This document shows, in pieces, positions 22,546-35,278 of a stretch of DNA of 64,000 nucleotides. The stretch is from Alloascoidea hylecoeti (Eukaryota). How positions within the stretch are numbered: the first letter of the stretch is position 1; the number at the start of each line of letters is the position of its first letter. The position numbers were made by a program, and so were the translations under genes. Under the pieces are notes generated by a model. It had not been told where the DNA came from, made no database searches, and saw nothing but the letters and a program-made list of their open reading frames with translations. The stretch is taken from contig BCKZ01000002.1 in NCBI GenBank assembly GCA_001600815.1, forward strand, positions 620,001 through 684,000. Direction: 5' to 3'.

Positions 22546-23499
22546 CGAATACAAAATGTGATAATAGAAAAAGAGGTTGGAATAGGACAGTGCATATAAT
22601 ATAATAAATAAACAAGAGAGAACAATATTAATGCAGACCGGCCGTTCTCAGATCTGATAATTATTTATCATTTTCCGTTTTGGGTTCTATTGCTGTGGTT
22701 GTCATAGCAATCATCCCTTCCTATAAAGCCATACACATGCGCGTTAAGCTTAAGCTTGCTAAATTGCTAAACAGTGAACAGTATCGAAATTAACTAGACT
22801 TTCAATTATAATCAATATAAACGTATTCGTAATATATATAATATCTTATTACGCTTTATAACTTCCATAATTAAAAGCTTGGGTAGAGAAACTAAAGGAT
22901 ATCGATATCGAATCGTTTTTATCGATAGTTGGATGATCTATGATTCTATACAGTATAATTACACTGACTAGAACAATCTATTTAGTGCGTGGTAAGGATA
23001 TAAGGGTTCCCTTGGAAATGATTTGTGAACATTATTATATTAATATTACTTAAAGAAGACGTATCCTCCAATTAATACATCATAGCAGAATATTTAATTC
23101 AAACATTAATCGATTGACATTTAAGAAAGACATATGGTGATGGTTAATTCATCAGTAGGAATAACTATGTAGATAATTGCAGTTGGCGCTGCAAGATAAT
23201 CCGATGTATGCTCATGATCAATATATGGAATTCGGAATAAATGGCAAGATATTTGATAGAATTGAATTAAAAGTAGCAAGAAATAGTATATGAGATAATC
23301 ACCACGCCATATATACATCATAATTATATGCATACGTAAGAGATATAACTTTTCGGAAAAACAGGAAGCATTATCATATTTTCAAATGATCATGAGATGT
23401 AAGGGGAGTACATTAATATTAATATTAATATTAATATTGCAATTGTGAATTTTCTTAATCATGATTAACCCATGATCATATAGCTTATAGAACTAAAAA

Positions 23500-23710
23500 A
23501 CCTACCGCTACAAGTTGTGTGTGATTTCATCCAGGTTCTCTAGATCTACCAAAGGCGAACATTAATGAACCTCATTGTTTCGATCAAGATGTTTGATCTC
23601 AACTTAATCATGAAGTTAACCTCGTCAGTGTACAATTCAAACTCCGGATCATTCCATAATTTATCCACAATTCTCCAGAATATTTGAGACATTTATATTA
23701 ATTGAAGAAA
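23500..23710 (-). mobile_element. Possible degenerate PIF/Harbinger transposase fragment
   Basis: Minus strand reads ...YKMSQIFWRIVDKLWNDPEF..., reminiscent of the F-RMS---F--L---I--DPVF N-terminal segment of fungal Harbinger transposases; stops nearby; short match only. Confidence 0.3.
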
Positions 23711-23964
23711 ATTAAAGTAGAGGGGCTCGGAAAATCTGCCGAGTTGGCAATTAATTGACACTTTAGTTTTAACTTATATTTTAATTAACAATATATTACG
23801 TTTCGGAAAATCCTAGAAACGGCTATAAACTTATTAGTATAAAGGTAATTATCTACACACCACCACACTAATCATATTAATATTAACTCTTTTGATATGG
23901 TTCTACTATTGAAAAATATTGTGACATCTCATGCTACACTCAATTGGAATCCCCCCAATTTATT

Positions 23965-24021
23965 AATTAGCAATTAGCAATTAGCAATTAGCAATTTATT
24001 AATTAGCAATTAGCAATCAGC
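23965..24021. repeat. Heptamer tandem repeat (AATTAGC)n
   Basis: About 7 imperfect copies in two blocks, directly visible. Confidence 0.85.
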
Positions 24022-25003
24022 ATTGGATTTCTCTTCCATTCTGAGAATTTAAAAATTATGTTTTCCCGGAATAACTTTCTCCTGTATACATGCATGTGTC
24101 GTAAGATTTTCGGAACAATTAATATTTCGAAAAGTCAAAAATAAATATTTTAACTAGTTAACGTTAGCGGCTATTTTGGTAATATTTATGTTTTATGTTG
24201 CAATTTCCAAGCATTTATACCTTAGTTATATCATTATAAGTGACCAACTAGATCCTGATCATTTATAGTTATCATTCATTCGTGGCTCACGTATTAGACA
24301 ATGTATTATAATTCTACACATCAAATCACCATCTTTTAAAAGCAGTTTTAAATATTAATTAAACATATTGTTTGAAAGATATAGCCCTGAAAAGGTTACT
24401 GTATAAAACCCCATGATCCGTATTATTACTACAACTAGCTATACTTCCAGTGATACAACAGGAAAGCCTTACGGTTTAAGATGACCCAAACATTTTAAAT
24501 GTAAATTTAATATTAATTAGTAACATGATTCGAGCATATATCATGTAGCTGACCGTTTAAAAGTCAGTGTGCAATGCATCTCCACATTTTTTAAAAGCAA
24601 ATATTCAAGATTTTTTAATTGAATTAACATTGCTATTGTAAATCTTAATGAAATAAGAACAGAAATAGTGAGTTTTATGGGATTATGTATGTACGTGCGT
24701 GGGGTATTAAATTAATAAATATTTTCTTCTTTTGATTATATAATTATAGCTATTTAGTAACGGGGCATTGCTCTATACTCAAAAACTTCATTGCAATGTG
24801 AAAAATAATCATTTTGTGGGGCGCTCTCTTTAATTTTAAATTTATTATGATGACCTTCGGTTATATGAAAATGATCATGAACATATAAGCTTATTTAGAG
24901 TTTCGAAGACAACTTATAATTTGTCAATAATATTATATAAATTATAGGGCATGTGTTTATAATTAGCTATATATAGAATTTTTTTATATGCATATGCATT
25001 TTG

Positions 25004-26808
25004 TTAATTTTCATTTTCATTTTCATTTTCATTTTCTAAAGAAGGATCGAAATCTTTAAAAGATTCTTTAAATCTATTAGCATCGTTTGTTTCTTCAGTT
25101 TCTGTTTGTTGACATTTTCTCCAATCCCAACGTTGTGGTAATTTAATAGCATTAACAATTAATTTTCTAATGAATTGTAAATCAAATTTTCCATTAATAG
25201 ATGATACTAAAGTTAATGGTTGTTTATTGATTGATGAAGAAAATATTGTTATTTTAAAATAATTTGAAGATAGTAGAGATTCTTCATATGAATCATTTGA
25301 AATTGTAGTGAAATTGGAATTGACAAGAGCTTTATTATCAATATTTTGTGAAATTACTTGATTAAATTCTAAACCTGCAAGTTTATCATTTAATTTTATA
25401 TCTTTTAAAAGTCCATCAATTAAATCATTTGGAATAACAACAGATTGAGTATGTAAATGAATTCCATGACTTGTACTAATTTGCCAAAATATAACAGCAA
25501 GATCAGGAAATTTTTCATTATACATTTTAACAATATTCTTTTCATATTGGTTCATTTCTTTATATAAAGGTAAATCAATAATTTTTTCATTGTTATCTGC
25601 TTGTAATGAATTTGATAAAGTTGGAATATGAGCAATTGGAACAATAATAATATGAGCAGGGAAATTTGGTAATTTATAATTATGTTCATTATTAAATTCA
25701 TTCCAATTATTTAATGGACCTTTAGCTAAAGCAATATAACATGAATTACCAATTGAAGTTATTAGATGAGTTTCAATTTTTGGATTTGATAAACAAAAGA
25801 AACAAGAACTTGGATCAATTGGTTCATGTTGTCTATTTCGTTTTTGACGTTTTCTGTTATTGTGTGAAGAATCATAATCATTATAATCATTATTTAAAGA
25901 TTGATTTTGATTTTGATTTTGATTTTGATTTTGATTTTGATTTTGAAGTCGTAAAATTTTCCGTTTTAAATAATAAGGATTTTTCATAAAATTTATATTA
26001 TTATCAACTTGATTATTTTGTTTTAAATTAATATTAAAAGCATAAAACCATTTTTGTTTTGGTATTGAATTAGATTGTGATAAATTAACAAAACGAGTAT
26101 AAGAATTTGGAGACCATTTAAAAGGTTTAAATTCTTTAAAAGAAGATTTTTCAAAACCAACTGCAAAATGATATTGAGGTTTTAAAATTGGTATTAAATC
26201 ATCTAATAGATTTGATCGTTCAATTAAATTGATATTTTCATAAGTATTTGTTTTATCATTTTGAAGATATTCAACCATTGAGGTTGGCCATTGATAGGTT
26301 ATTAAAATATCAACTAAAGGATTATCTTTTGTTCTAAAATCATAATTTGATGAATCCGCTTTAACACCAAGTAATTCAGTTATTTTAAGCAAAGATATGC
26401 CTTCATCTTTTAAGATGTGACCACTTATGAAGGCTATTCGTAAACCGGATATCAATTTAATAACACCGACTCTGCCCATATAAGTGAAGTTAGTAGATAC
26501 ATCAATGGAGTTTGAGTCCTTTGTGCTGAGGCTACGTAATCCTTCGGTGAAGTAAGTCGGACAAACAATGGAAGTTGGTGAAGATAAAGTGCTGATATCG
26601 GATTCTGAAGGGATTATGTCTCCTAACAGCAGAACGGAATGAAAAGGACCGGATTTCTCATTTATCACGGCGGATTTTTTGAGGACGGAGTCCAGTTCGG
26701 ACGGGGCAGGGTTCAAGACGAGTCTGTTTAGTTGGTCAGCATCTGCGGTAGTAAACAAGCAAACAAACAACACAAAACTTACACTTTCAGTTTCGAAGAG
26801 TCCGCCAT
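25004..26808 (-). CDS. DRN1: Drn1/CWF19L1 lariat-debranching cofactor; exons 26808-26783 and 26723-25004
   Basis: Spliced N-terminus MADSSKLKVLVLNP...NEKSGPF, pseudo-metallophosphatase (VDILITYQWP, KPQYHF) and CwfJ domain (CFFCLSNP, AKGPL, HIIIVPIAH, HLHTQ, FKDFD). Intron 26782-26724 GTAAGT...GCTGAC...CAG. Confidence 0.9.
25902..25946 (-). repeat. (CAAAAT)n coding microsatellite giving a (QN)n tract in Drn1
   Basis: About 7 copies of TGATTT on the plus strand. Confidence 0.9.
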
Positions 26809-27113
26809 AAATTCAAGCAAATTTACAGCCCAAAAAAATCGAAATCAGCACTGGAAAAAGTGTAATGTTGTTAGAATATTATATTATTATTATAATACGT
26901 GTTTGTAATATTATAATACTGCAGGGTTTGTGCAGCAAACATACATGCACATGCATGGCTTATATTTTGAGCGTCTTCGGTATAAAAAAGGGCAAATTTC
27001 CTTTGTCTCTTCTCTTTTTCTTCTCCACAAAACATTAATATTGAGATTCAAACCTCCCTGGCTTGTTTTACTTTTATACTTATCACTTCACGACTTATTT
27101 ATTATACTACGAC

Positions 27114-28571
27114 ATGGTTCACTTAGGCCCCAAAAAACCCCCTTCCAGAAAGGGTTCCATGGTAGATGTCCCAAAAAATTTGATGCAAGAAATTGCTAAA
27201 TTGGAGGCCTTGTTCACAGTCGATGCCCCCAAACTGAAAGCCATCACCGACCATTTCGTCACCGAGCTGACAAAAGGCCTGTCCAAAAAAGGTGGAAACA
27301 TCCCAATGATACCTGCCTGGGTAATGGACTACCCTGATGGCTCAGAAACTGGTGATTACATTGCAATTGACCTCGGTGGAACTAACCTAAGGGTTGTCTT
27401 GGTTAGTCTGCTGGGAGACGGCAAGTTTGACGTTTCCCAATCAAAATACAGAATCCCCTCATACATCAGAACGACAAAAAACCACCAAGATCTATGGGAT
27501 TTTATTGCCGTTTCCCTGTCCAACTTCTACAAAGAAACTTTCCCAGATGGTACAACTGAAAAAATCCCCCTGGGTTTCACCTTCTCCTATCCATGCAGTC
27601 AAACTTCAATCGACACTGGCGTGTTACAACGTTGGACTAAAGGTTTTGACATTGATGGTGTTGAAGGCCATGATGTCGTTCCAATGTTGAATAATGCTTT
27701 GAAGCAGCATGATGTCCCCATTGAAGTTTTTGCTTTAATTAATGATACGACCGGTACTTTGGTCGCTTCAAGATATACTGACCCACAGGCGGAAATGGGT
27801 TTGATTTTCGGTACTGGTTGTAATGGCGCTTACTATGAAAAAGTTAACGCAATACCTAAATTAGAAGGAAAATTAGACCCAACTGTTGATTTAAATGGCC
27901 CTATGGCAATCAATTGTGAATATGGTTCGTTTGATAATGAACATTTAGTTTTACCAAGAACTAAATATGATATTATTATTGATAGAGATTCCCCAAGACC
28001 TGGTCAACAAGCTTTTGAAAAAATGATTTCTGGTTATTACTTGGGTGAAGTTTTCCGATTAGTTTTATTAGATTTACATGCTCAACGTCTTGTTTTTGAA
28101 GGACAGGATTTAAGAGATTTACAAGAAGCTTTTAAATTAGATGCTTCATTCTTAGCAACTATCGAAGAAGATCCTTTTGAAAATTTAAATGATGTTGAAG
28201 ATTTATTTACCGATGTTTTAGGTATATCAACAACTGATCCAGAAAGAAGATTAATTCGAAGATTAGCTGAACTTATTGGTACAAGAGCTTCAAGATTATC
28301 GGTTTGTGGTGTTGCTGCTTTAGCTAAGAAGGCAAATCTTAAAGTATGTCATGCTGCTGCTGATGGTTCAGTTTTTAATAAATATCCAAATTTTCAAGAA
28401 CGTGCTGCTCAAGGTCTTGATGATATTTTTGATTGGAATTTACCAATAGATCAACATCCAATTAAATTAGTTGCAGCTGAAGATGGTTCTGGTGTCGGTG
28501 CTGCTGTTGTTGCCGCTTTAACAGCAAAGAGAATTGCTGCTGGAAAAGCAGTTGGACAATTAGAAGCTTAA
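27114..28571 (+). CDS. HXK2: Hexokinase
   Basis: MVHLGPKKPPSRKGSM start, DLGGTNLRV, LGFTFSYP, WTKGF, INDTTGTL and AEDGSGVGAA. Confidence 0.95.
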   Translation: MVHLGPKKPPSRKGSMVDVPKNLMQEIAKLEALFTVDAPKLKAITDHFVTELTKGLSKKGGNIPMIPAWVMDYPDGSETGDYIAIDLGGTNLRVVLVSLLGDGKFDVSQSKYRIPSYIRTTKNHQDLWDFIAVSLSNFYKETFPDGTTEKIPLGFTFSYPCSQTSIDTGVLQRWTKGFDIDGVEGHDVVPMLNNALKQHDVPIEVFALINDTTGTLVASRYTDPQAEMGLIFGTGCNGAYYEKVNAIPKLEGKLDPTVDLNGPMAINCEYGSFDNEHLVLPRTKYDIIIDRDSPRPGQQAFEKMISGYYLGEVFRLVLLDLHAQRLVFEGQDLRDLQEAFKLDASFLATIEEDPFENLNDVEDLFTDVLGISTTDPERRLIRRLAELIGTRASRLSVCGVAALAKKANLKVCHAAADGSVFNKYPNFQERAAQGLDDIFDWNLPIDQHPIKLVAAEDGSGVGAAVVAALTAKRIAAGKAVGQLEA

Positions 28572-29433
28572 CACTTTTTTTCTAATTTAATTATAATCTA
28601 ATGATACCTTTTTGGAAATAACTTTTTTTTTTTAATGAATTCACTTACTTTAATTTAATCTTGCCTTTAAAAACTTGAGTTTGAATTTTGAATTTTTTTT
28701 TTCTATTTTTAACCCTTCATATTTTTTTCTTTTCTTTTCTTTTCTTTTACTTTTTTATTTTTATTTTGCTCAAACTTATAATTATCAGGTAAATAGATAG
28801 AATTTTTTTTATAAATATTTAGATTTTAATAATAAAAATTAAACTTGAAAATTTAAACATACAAATATATAATTATAAATAAATTTAAAGTACATGTCAA
28901 TTAAACCATATCGATACTTGTTCAATAGAAAACTGGGGATGAGATATTAACGGCGCTGGTCATTTATCCGTGATTATACATTTCGAATTTTCTAGCTTAA
29001 AAAACATAACAAGCCTTATCATCATATACTTTATATAATTATAAAAGTATAGAATCACTCTCTTTTTTCTTTTTCCTCGAATTCGTACTGATATGAGATA
29101 TTTAATGTTATTATGATAGTTGTAGATATCCTTATAATTACACATTTTAGGTATATAAACTAGAAATATTAATAATAAAAACTAATTGTATAATTATAGA
29201 TTGTCGGACAGATTACTATTTTTGAAAAAAAATTGAAATGTGCAAAAATTATTTAAAACAGTTATTTAAAGCAATTTTTTTTTATTATATAAATCCCTTT
29301 AAATTTTAAATTTTATTAATCGGATATGAAATTTTGATATTTCTACTTCCCTAATTTACCCGACTTTAGGCTATCTAGACCAATTTATTTGCAAACAAGT
29401 TTATTTTACACAAATAGAAAGATAACAATATTA

Positions 29434-29876
29434 ATGGCTTCAATCGCAAGAGTATGTTTTAAATTTACTCCTTTGTTTATATATTCGTGACCAACCTTTT
29501 AAAATTGTTTCTAACATATTAAATAATTTTTTTTTAGTTACGGACAACCGAAGAATATCCGATTCTCTTTGTTAAAAATCTTTCATATACTGTAACAAAT
29601 GAAGACCTTTATGGATTATTTGGAAAATTCGGTGGTATAAGACAAGTTAGAATTGGTAATGATGATAAAACAAAAGGAACTGCTTTTATAGTTTTTAATA
29701 ATTTATCTGATTCAAAAGTTGCACAAGATAAATTATCTGGTTTTCAATTTCAAGGAAGATATTTAGTTGTTTTATTTCATTCTATTGATAAAATGAAAAA
29801 TCTTGAAATGGAAAATGATTTACAAAAAAGAAAGGAAAATTTAGAAGCATTAAAAGAGCAATACGGAATTGAATAG
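29434..29876 (+). CDS. SF3B6: SF3b p14 branch-site RRM protein; exons 29434-29451 and 29538-29876, 118 aa (not in ORF track)
   Basis: MASIAR|LRTTEEYPILFVKNLSYTVTNEDLYGLFGKFGGIRQVRIGNDDKTKGTAFIVF...DKLSGFQFQGRYLVVLFH...LKEQYGIE follows the p14 pattern end to end. Intron GTATGT...CTAAC...TAG. Confidence 0.92.
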
Positions 29877-29902
29877 AAAAAGATTATATTATATATTTAC
29901 AA

Positions 29903-32268
29903 TTATAATCCTTTCCAAATGGCTTTTTCTACACACTCAAATTTTCTTTTACAATGTTTAACAAGCCCAAGATATTTCATTTCTGCTAATCGCCTCAAGA
30001 ACCAACCAAGAGTAAGCTTATCCCAAATTTCATCCTCTGAATTCAAATCTTTATCAAATAATAACAATAAATCTTTTGTATCTTGAGTTATGTCATCACC
30101 ACTTTGTTCTACTTCCTCTTCTTCAAATTTTAATCGACGATTTAATTCTTTCTTCAATCCTTCAACTATTCTATCTCTTTGTAAATTACCTTTAAATGCT
30201 TGATACCAATCATAAATATTTACAAAAGTACCAGCTTCACGATATAATGTATACATTTGTGATATCATTGGATCAAGAGATCCTAATATAGTTTTTGGTA
30301 TATGATGGTTATCCAAATAATGTTTTGGATTTGTTAATGCTGCTTCTAAAGAAGGTCTATATTTTGGATAAAATGCAAAACTATCCAATGATGTATCATT
30401 AATAATAAATAATTCCCAATATAAAAATCGTTTATATGGTTTAAGATTTTCAGATAAAAATTTCATAATTAAATTTGAAATTTGATTTAATGTTTCAGGT
30501 AATGTTATCATTAAATTATCATCATTATTATTATCATTTGAATTATTAAGTAATGAATTAATATTAATTTCAAATTCTTCTTTAATTTGTTTATATAAAT
30601 ATTGTTCTGATTTATTATTTGAAATTTTCCAAATTTCAAGAATTTTAATAAAACTTTTTAATGAATTTTTTTTAAAACATGATATTAATTCTCTTAAAAA
30701 TGAACTATCAATTAAATTATTTGATATAATCATTGAATAAATATCTAATTTTGAAATTTTATAACTTATTGTTGGTATAAATAATTGTAATGAATTAATA
30801 ATTTCAATAATATCAATAATTTTTTTTGAAAATTTTTGAAAATTTAAAATTGATTTAATAATAGATTTTGAAATTATTTCTTTATTTTCATCATTTAACC
30901 ATTTATCTTTTAAATTTGTTAAATTAATTTTACCTGATTGAACTTCTGATTCTATAAAATCTATAAATGATGGTAACATTCTAATTGATTTAAAATGTTC
31001 AATTGTAAAATATTCTTCAATAATTAATTCAATATCTTCTGTTTTTCGGTGTAAATTTGTTAATATACTAAATGGTGATGAATAAAAATGTGTCATATAT
31101 GTATATTTTAATGATGAAATGAATCCATCTAAACTTTTTGTATTTTGTCTATAACGATTTAATAATGATAAAATTAATTTTGGACCAAGAAATATACCTT
31201 GATTTGTATCATTTGATAATAATAATTTTTCACCTAATTCATTTAATAAAATATCACTATTTTTTGGTTTAAATTTTTTACCTTTTAACACTTTAATACA
31301 TGACTTTGGTAATTTATCTTCAAATATTTGTAAAGAATTTGAAATTCCAATAATTATTTTAAATGGAATTTCAAATAAATAAGAATGTGATAATTTCAAT
31401 AATGATGATAAAATATATGGATCAAATGTATCACCATCTTCAATAATTATAACAATTCTTAAATTTTCTCTTTTAAATTTTTTTTTATTTGAATTTAATT
31501 TTATTTGAATTTTACACCAATCTGATAAAATATCATAATCATATCTTAAAGTTTGATGATATTTTTTACTTAAATCTTCATCTTCTTTTGAATCATAAAA
31601 TTCTTCATTACCTGAATCATCATCATCATCATATCTAGCTTTTAATCTACCTTCAAGATTATCATTTTCAGTTATATCAATAACAATCTTTTTTAATATT
31701 GATTTAAGATTACCACATTCTTTAGAATTTAAAGAAACTGAATAAATATTATCATCATTTTTTAAAAGTGTTGAAACTTGAGTAAATAATCGAACATGGT
31801 TTGCAAAATTTGAACCAGGAAATACCATAGCAAGATCTAAATATCTATTATTCTTTTCAAATCCTAATTTAGTAAATGATATTATATCTTCAATTAATTG
31901 TAAAGAAGAAGATTCTCGAAATTTATTAATAACATCTTGTTGAATACTCCATGCTTCATTAAACATTTCCCATCGTAATTTCACATTCTCAGTTGGTTCC
32001 TTTCCACCTAATAGTTTAATAAATGGAATATCTTTATCAATGATTGAAACTTCCTCTTCATATCTATTAAGAGGTTGCTCTATGTCATCGTTGTCTTCTT
32101 CATTTTCTAAAATGTCGTGTTTACCTACTAAAAAATATGTTGTCTATTAATTTGATTAGCCTTTTGACACTATTTCCTGATATATCATAACAGAAACAAA
32201 CATACCTTTTGATTATCCTCTTCATTATTTCTGGATCTTTTCAGTCTTTTGACTCTCTCTGAAATCAT
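29903..32268 (-). CDS. ORC3: Origin recognition complex subunit 3; exons 32268-32206 and 32143-29903
   Basis: PFIKLLGGKEPTENVKLRW, LKYTYMTHFYSSP, LYREAGTFVNIYDWYQAF and C-terminal VEKAIWKGL. Intron 32205-32144 GTATGT...GCTAAT...TAG. Confidence 0.92.
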
Positions 32269-33583
32269 ATAAGATATATTTAAGATATATTTTGTTTTGA
32301 TAAAAAAACCATTTTCCAAACGCATTTAGATCTCCTTACACCCACACCTCTGTTTACTTTTTTAAACCATCGATATCTCTCAGGTTGAAAGTTGCCTACC
32401 CAATCCATGTCCACAAGTCATAGACATGGGATCAAAAGCCTTTTAAACGAGTACACCCACTTCGTATGTTTATCTTTTATATGATCCTATCAAAAATTCA
32501 TAGCAGTATGTCGCCAACCGGGGTAAGGTTTCCTTCTCAATTAGCCTCATAATTCTACATGTATACTCAGTATGATATTTCAACATCCATAAATTCCAAT
32601 CCCAAAACGCTACAGGTCTAAATTTTAACTCAAATATACAAATCTAATTTTAATTATAAAAAGTGGAGAAAGATTTCTCACGGACAACTGAAACCCGAGA
32701 CACTTCACTAAAAGAATAGTAAATCTGTAGTATACGAAAGTTAAAGGAATTGGGCTCAGGATTTCTAAAAAAATCAACACAACGCGTCCCGGAATCCAGT
32801 GAGTATTTTATTAACGCGATCAAAGGGTCAAAATCCCTCTATTCCGATTACCGAAACTCCTATTTAGAACATCAAAGCACACTCAATAATGCCATACTCA
32901 GATATGAGAATCTGAATCAAAAAAAGTTAATGGAAAAAGACAGCTAAAAATCAATACCATCTGGAAGAACTTTAACAAGCATTGATATTATAATGAATGT
33001 TTTTCTGATCATTTACTAACAAATTTATCACTAGTCCTGAAGTTGTTAAACTTTATATACCTAGCAAGTACCTTTTTTAGCTGTCTTTCTCCATTAACTT
33101 TTTTTGATTCAGATGTTGCTGGAAGATCCAGTTCAGTTGTCATCTCGGAGTTTGACATTACTGAACGTGTTTTGATGCCCATGCTCTTAATAATATGAGG
33201 ACCTTGGACTAAATGTTTATATTTTTTACTTATTAGGATCAGCAGTACGGTTAACATAATTGAGGAGGTATAATAACTATTAATAAGTACTGATAGCAAA
33301 ATATTACCAACAATATTTCATATAAATAGCATGAACACTTCGTTACAAAATCTTTTGTTAACACTTTTCCTAATATTCCTACATATTACGTCAATACCAG
33401 ATCTAGATACTATTGTTGGAAATGTTAAATTTAAACAAATGATTTATATTATCTATACTCTAAAGTTTTCAGTAAATAACAAAAATAAAAGGACATAATT
33501 ACGTATGTGAATAACAACAATCTAATATATAAATAAATAAATAAATAAATAAATAATAAAGTAACTTTCAATTGATATTTAAT

Positions 33584-35278
33584 TTATTCGGCATTTGTCT
33601 TTTCAGAAATTTCAGCTTGTTTCTTTAAATTATCAGGAGCATCTAGTTTTGGAATCATAACTTCAATCAATTTAATTTGATTTGGTTCTTGAAATGTTGC
33701 ATCTTCTAAATATTTATTAAATTCTCCAGTTGTTGAAACAGTAGCAGTTAAATAATCTTTAGCGCCAAAAGCAGGTAATAAAGCTTTATGATCCCAACCT
33801 TGAACATCATTATAAGAAGCAGTTAAACCATGAATCAATCTTTCAATTGTATAACCATCATTATTTAAAACAAACAAATATGGTTTTAAATTCCATTTTA
33901 TCATTGTTGAAATTTCTTGTACACTTAATTGTAATGAACCATCACCAACAAATAAAATAACTCTTTTTGATTTATCTAATTCTTCTGCCGCCATTACAGC
34001 ACCAAGACATGAACCAACTGAATAACCAATTGAGCCCCATAAAACTTGAGAAATACCGGTAGTATTTGGAGCAAATTTTGTTTGAATAACTCCAAATGAT
34101 GAAGTACCAGTCTCAGATATAACAATATCACCAGGTCTTAACCATTTAGAGAATCTATTCCAAAACCAAGTTTGGCTAATAACAGAATCATCAGCAACTT
34201 GAGTATTGAAAATCTTTTTCTCTGGTACAGCAACAGGACTGTAATTTGAAATAGCACTATCAATTGAAGTTAATAGTTTTTGCAAAACATATTTCATTTG
34301 AACGCCAGGGAATGAAGCTGTTTTAATTTTAGTGTAGTCAGAATGTAACTCAACAACATTTTTCGTAATACCATAAGACCATGCACCAGTATTATAATCA
34401 GATAAGATAGATCCAACTGAAATAACCAAATCAGCACTTTCAACAGCTTCTTTGACATCTGAGGTTGATAATTGACCAACATAAACACCACCAAATCTTG
34501 GATGGTGTTCATTAATAGAACCTTTACCTAAAGGAGTAACATAAACAGGAAACTGGGTAATATCAATTAATTTTTCAACTTCATCTATTACCTTATGTCT
34601 TGACGCACAAGAGTCGACTAAAATAATTGGGTTCTTTGCATCTTTGACCAATTCTAAAATAGTTTCAACGACCTCTTTTTCAGATTCAAGATCATTTGAT
34701 TTCAGTTCTGTTTGGAGTGGAATATCTAGTAATGAAGCTGGTACTTTAATATCGAAAAAATTTGATGGAAAACCCAAATAAGTTGGTCTTTGATAAATAT
34801 AAGCATCACGAATGACTCTATCGATTTCAGAAGGAGCAGAATGAGCATCAGTCAAAAATGCAGTTGAATAAGAAATTTCAGAAAATATTCTATGAAAAAC
34901 TTGATAATCCATATTTCCTAAAGTATGATGGAGGAATAATTTTTTAGCTTGTGAAGCAATTGTTGGTACACCGACAACATGAAGTAAACCAACATGTTCT
35001 GAATAAGAGCCAGCATGGGCATTGGTTGCAGATAATTCACCGACACCGAAAGTTGTAACAATACAACCCATTCCTTTAACACGAGAATAACCATCGGTTG
35101 CATATCCTGCATTCAATTCGTTGGCGTTACCGACCCATCTTAAGCCTTCAACATTATCGATATAATCAAGAAGAGCTAGATTGAAATCACCAGGAAGACC
35201 AAAAATAGATTTAACGCCCAATTGACGAAGTCTATAGAATAAGTATTCAGATAATGTAATTTGCTTTGTTTCCGACAT
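33584..35278 (-). CDS. PDC1: Pyruvate decarboxylase
   Basis: FGLPGDFNL, NELNAGYATDGY, LHHTLGN, LWGSIG and the TPP motif GDGSLQ...NNDGYTIER. Confidence 0.96.
   Translation of the reverse strand: MSETKQITLSEYLFYRLRQLGVKSIFGLPGDFNLALLDYIDNVEGLRWVGNANELNAGYATDGYSRVKGMGCIVTTFGVGELSATNAHAGSYSEHVGLLHVVGVPTIASQAKKLFLHHTLGNMDYQVFHRIFSEISYSTAFLTDAHSAPSEIDRVIRDAYIYQRPTYLGFPSNFFDIKVPASLLDIPLQTELKSNDLESEKEVVETILELVKDAKNPIILVDSCASRHKVIDEVEKLIDITQFPVYVTPLGKGSINEHHPRFGGVYVGQLSTSDVKEAVESADLVISVGSILSDYNTGAWSYGITKNVVELHSDYTKIKTASFPGVQMKYVLQKLLTSIDSAISNYSPVAVPEKKIFNTQVADDSVISQTWFWNRFSKWLRPGDIVISETGTSSFGVIQTKFAPNTTGISQVLWGSIGYSVGSCLGAVMAAEELDKSKRVILFVGDGSLQLSVQEISTMIKWNLKPYLFVLNNDGYTIERLIHGLTASYNDVQGWDHKALLPAFGAKDYLTATVSTTGEFNKYLEDATFQEPNQIKLIEVMIPKLDAPDNLKKQAEISEKTNAE

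Noticed and set aside
23965..24021. Short repeats as a CRISPR-like or telomeric array
   Set aside because: Eukaryotic microsatellite with no spacers; no CRISPR, tRNA or rRNA gene was recognised in the window.
27114..27300. Alternative yeast genetic code (CUG=Ser/Ala)
   Set aside because: CTG falls on conserved Leu positions in hexokinase (KLK, ELTKGL).
32400..33300. Short hairpin and ORFs 32750-32947 and 33009-33299
   Set aside because: Non-ATG starts and no recognisable motifs.
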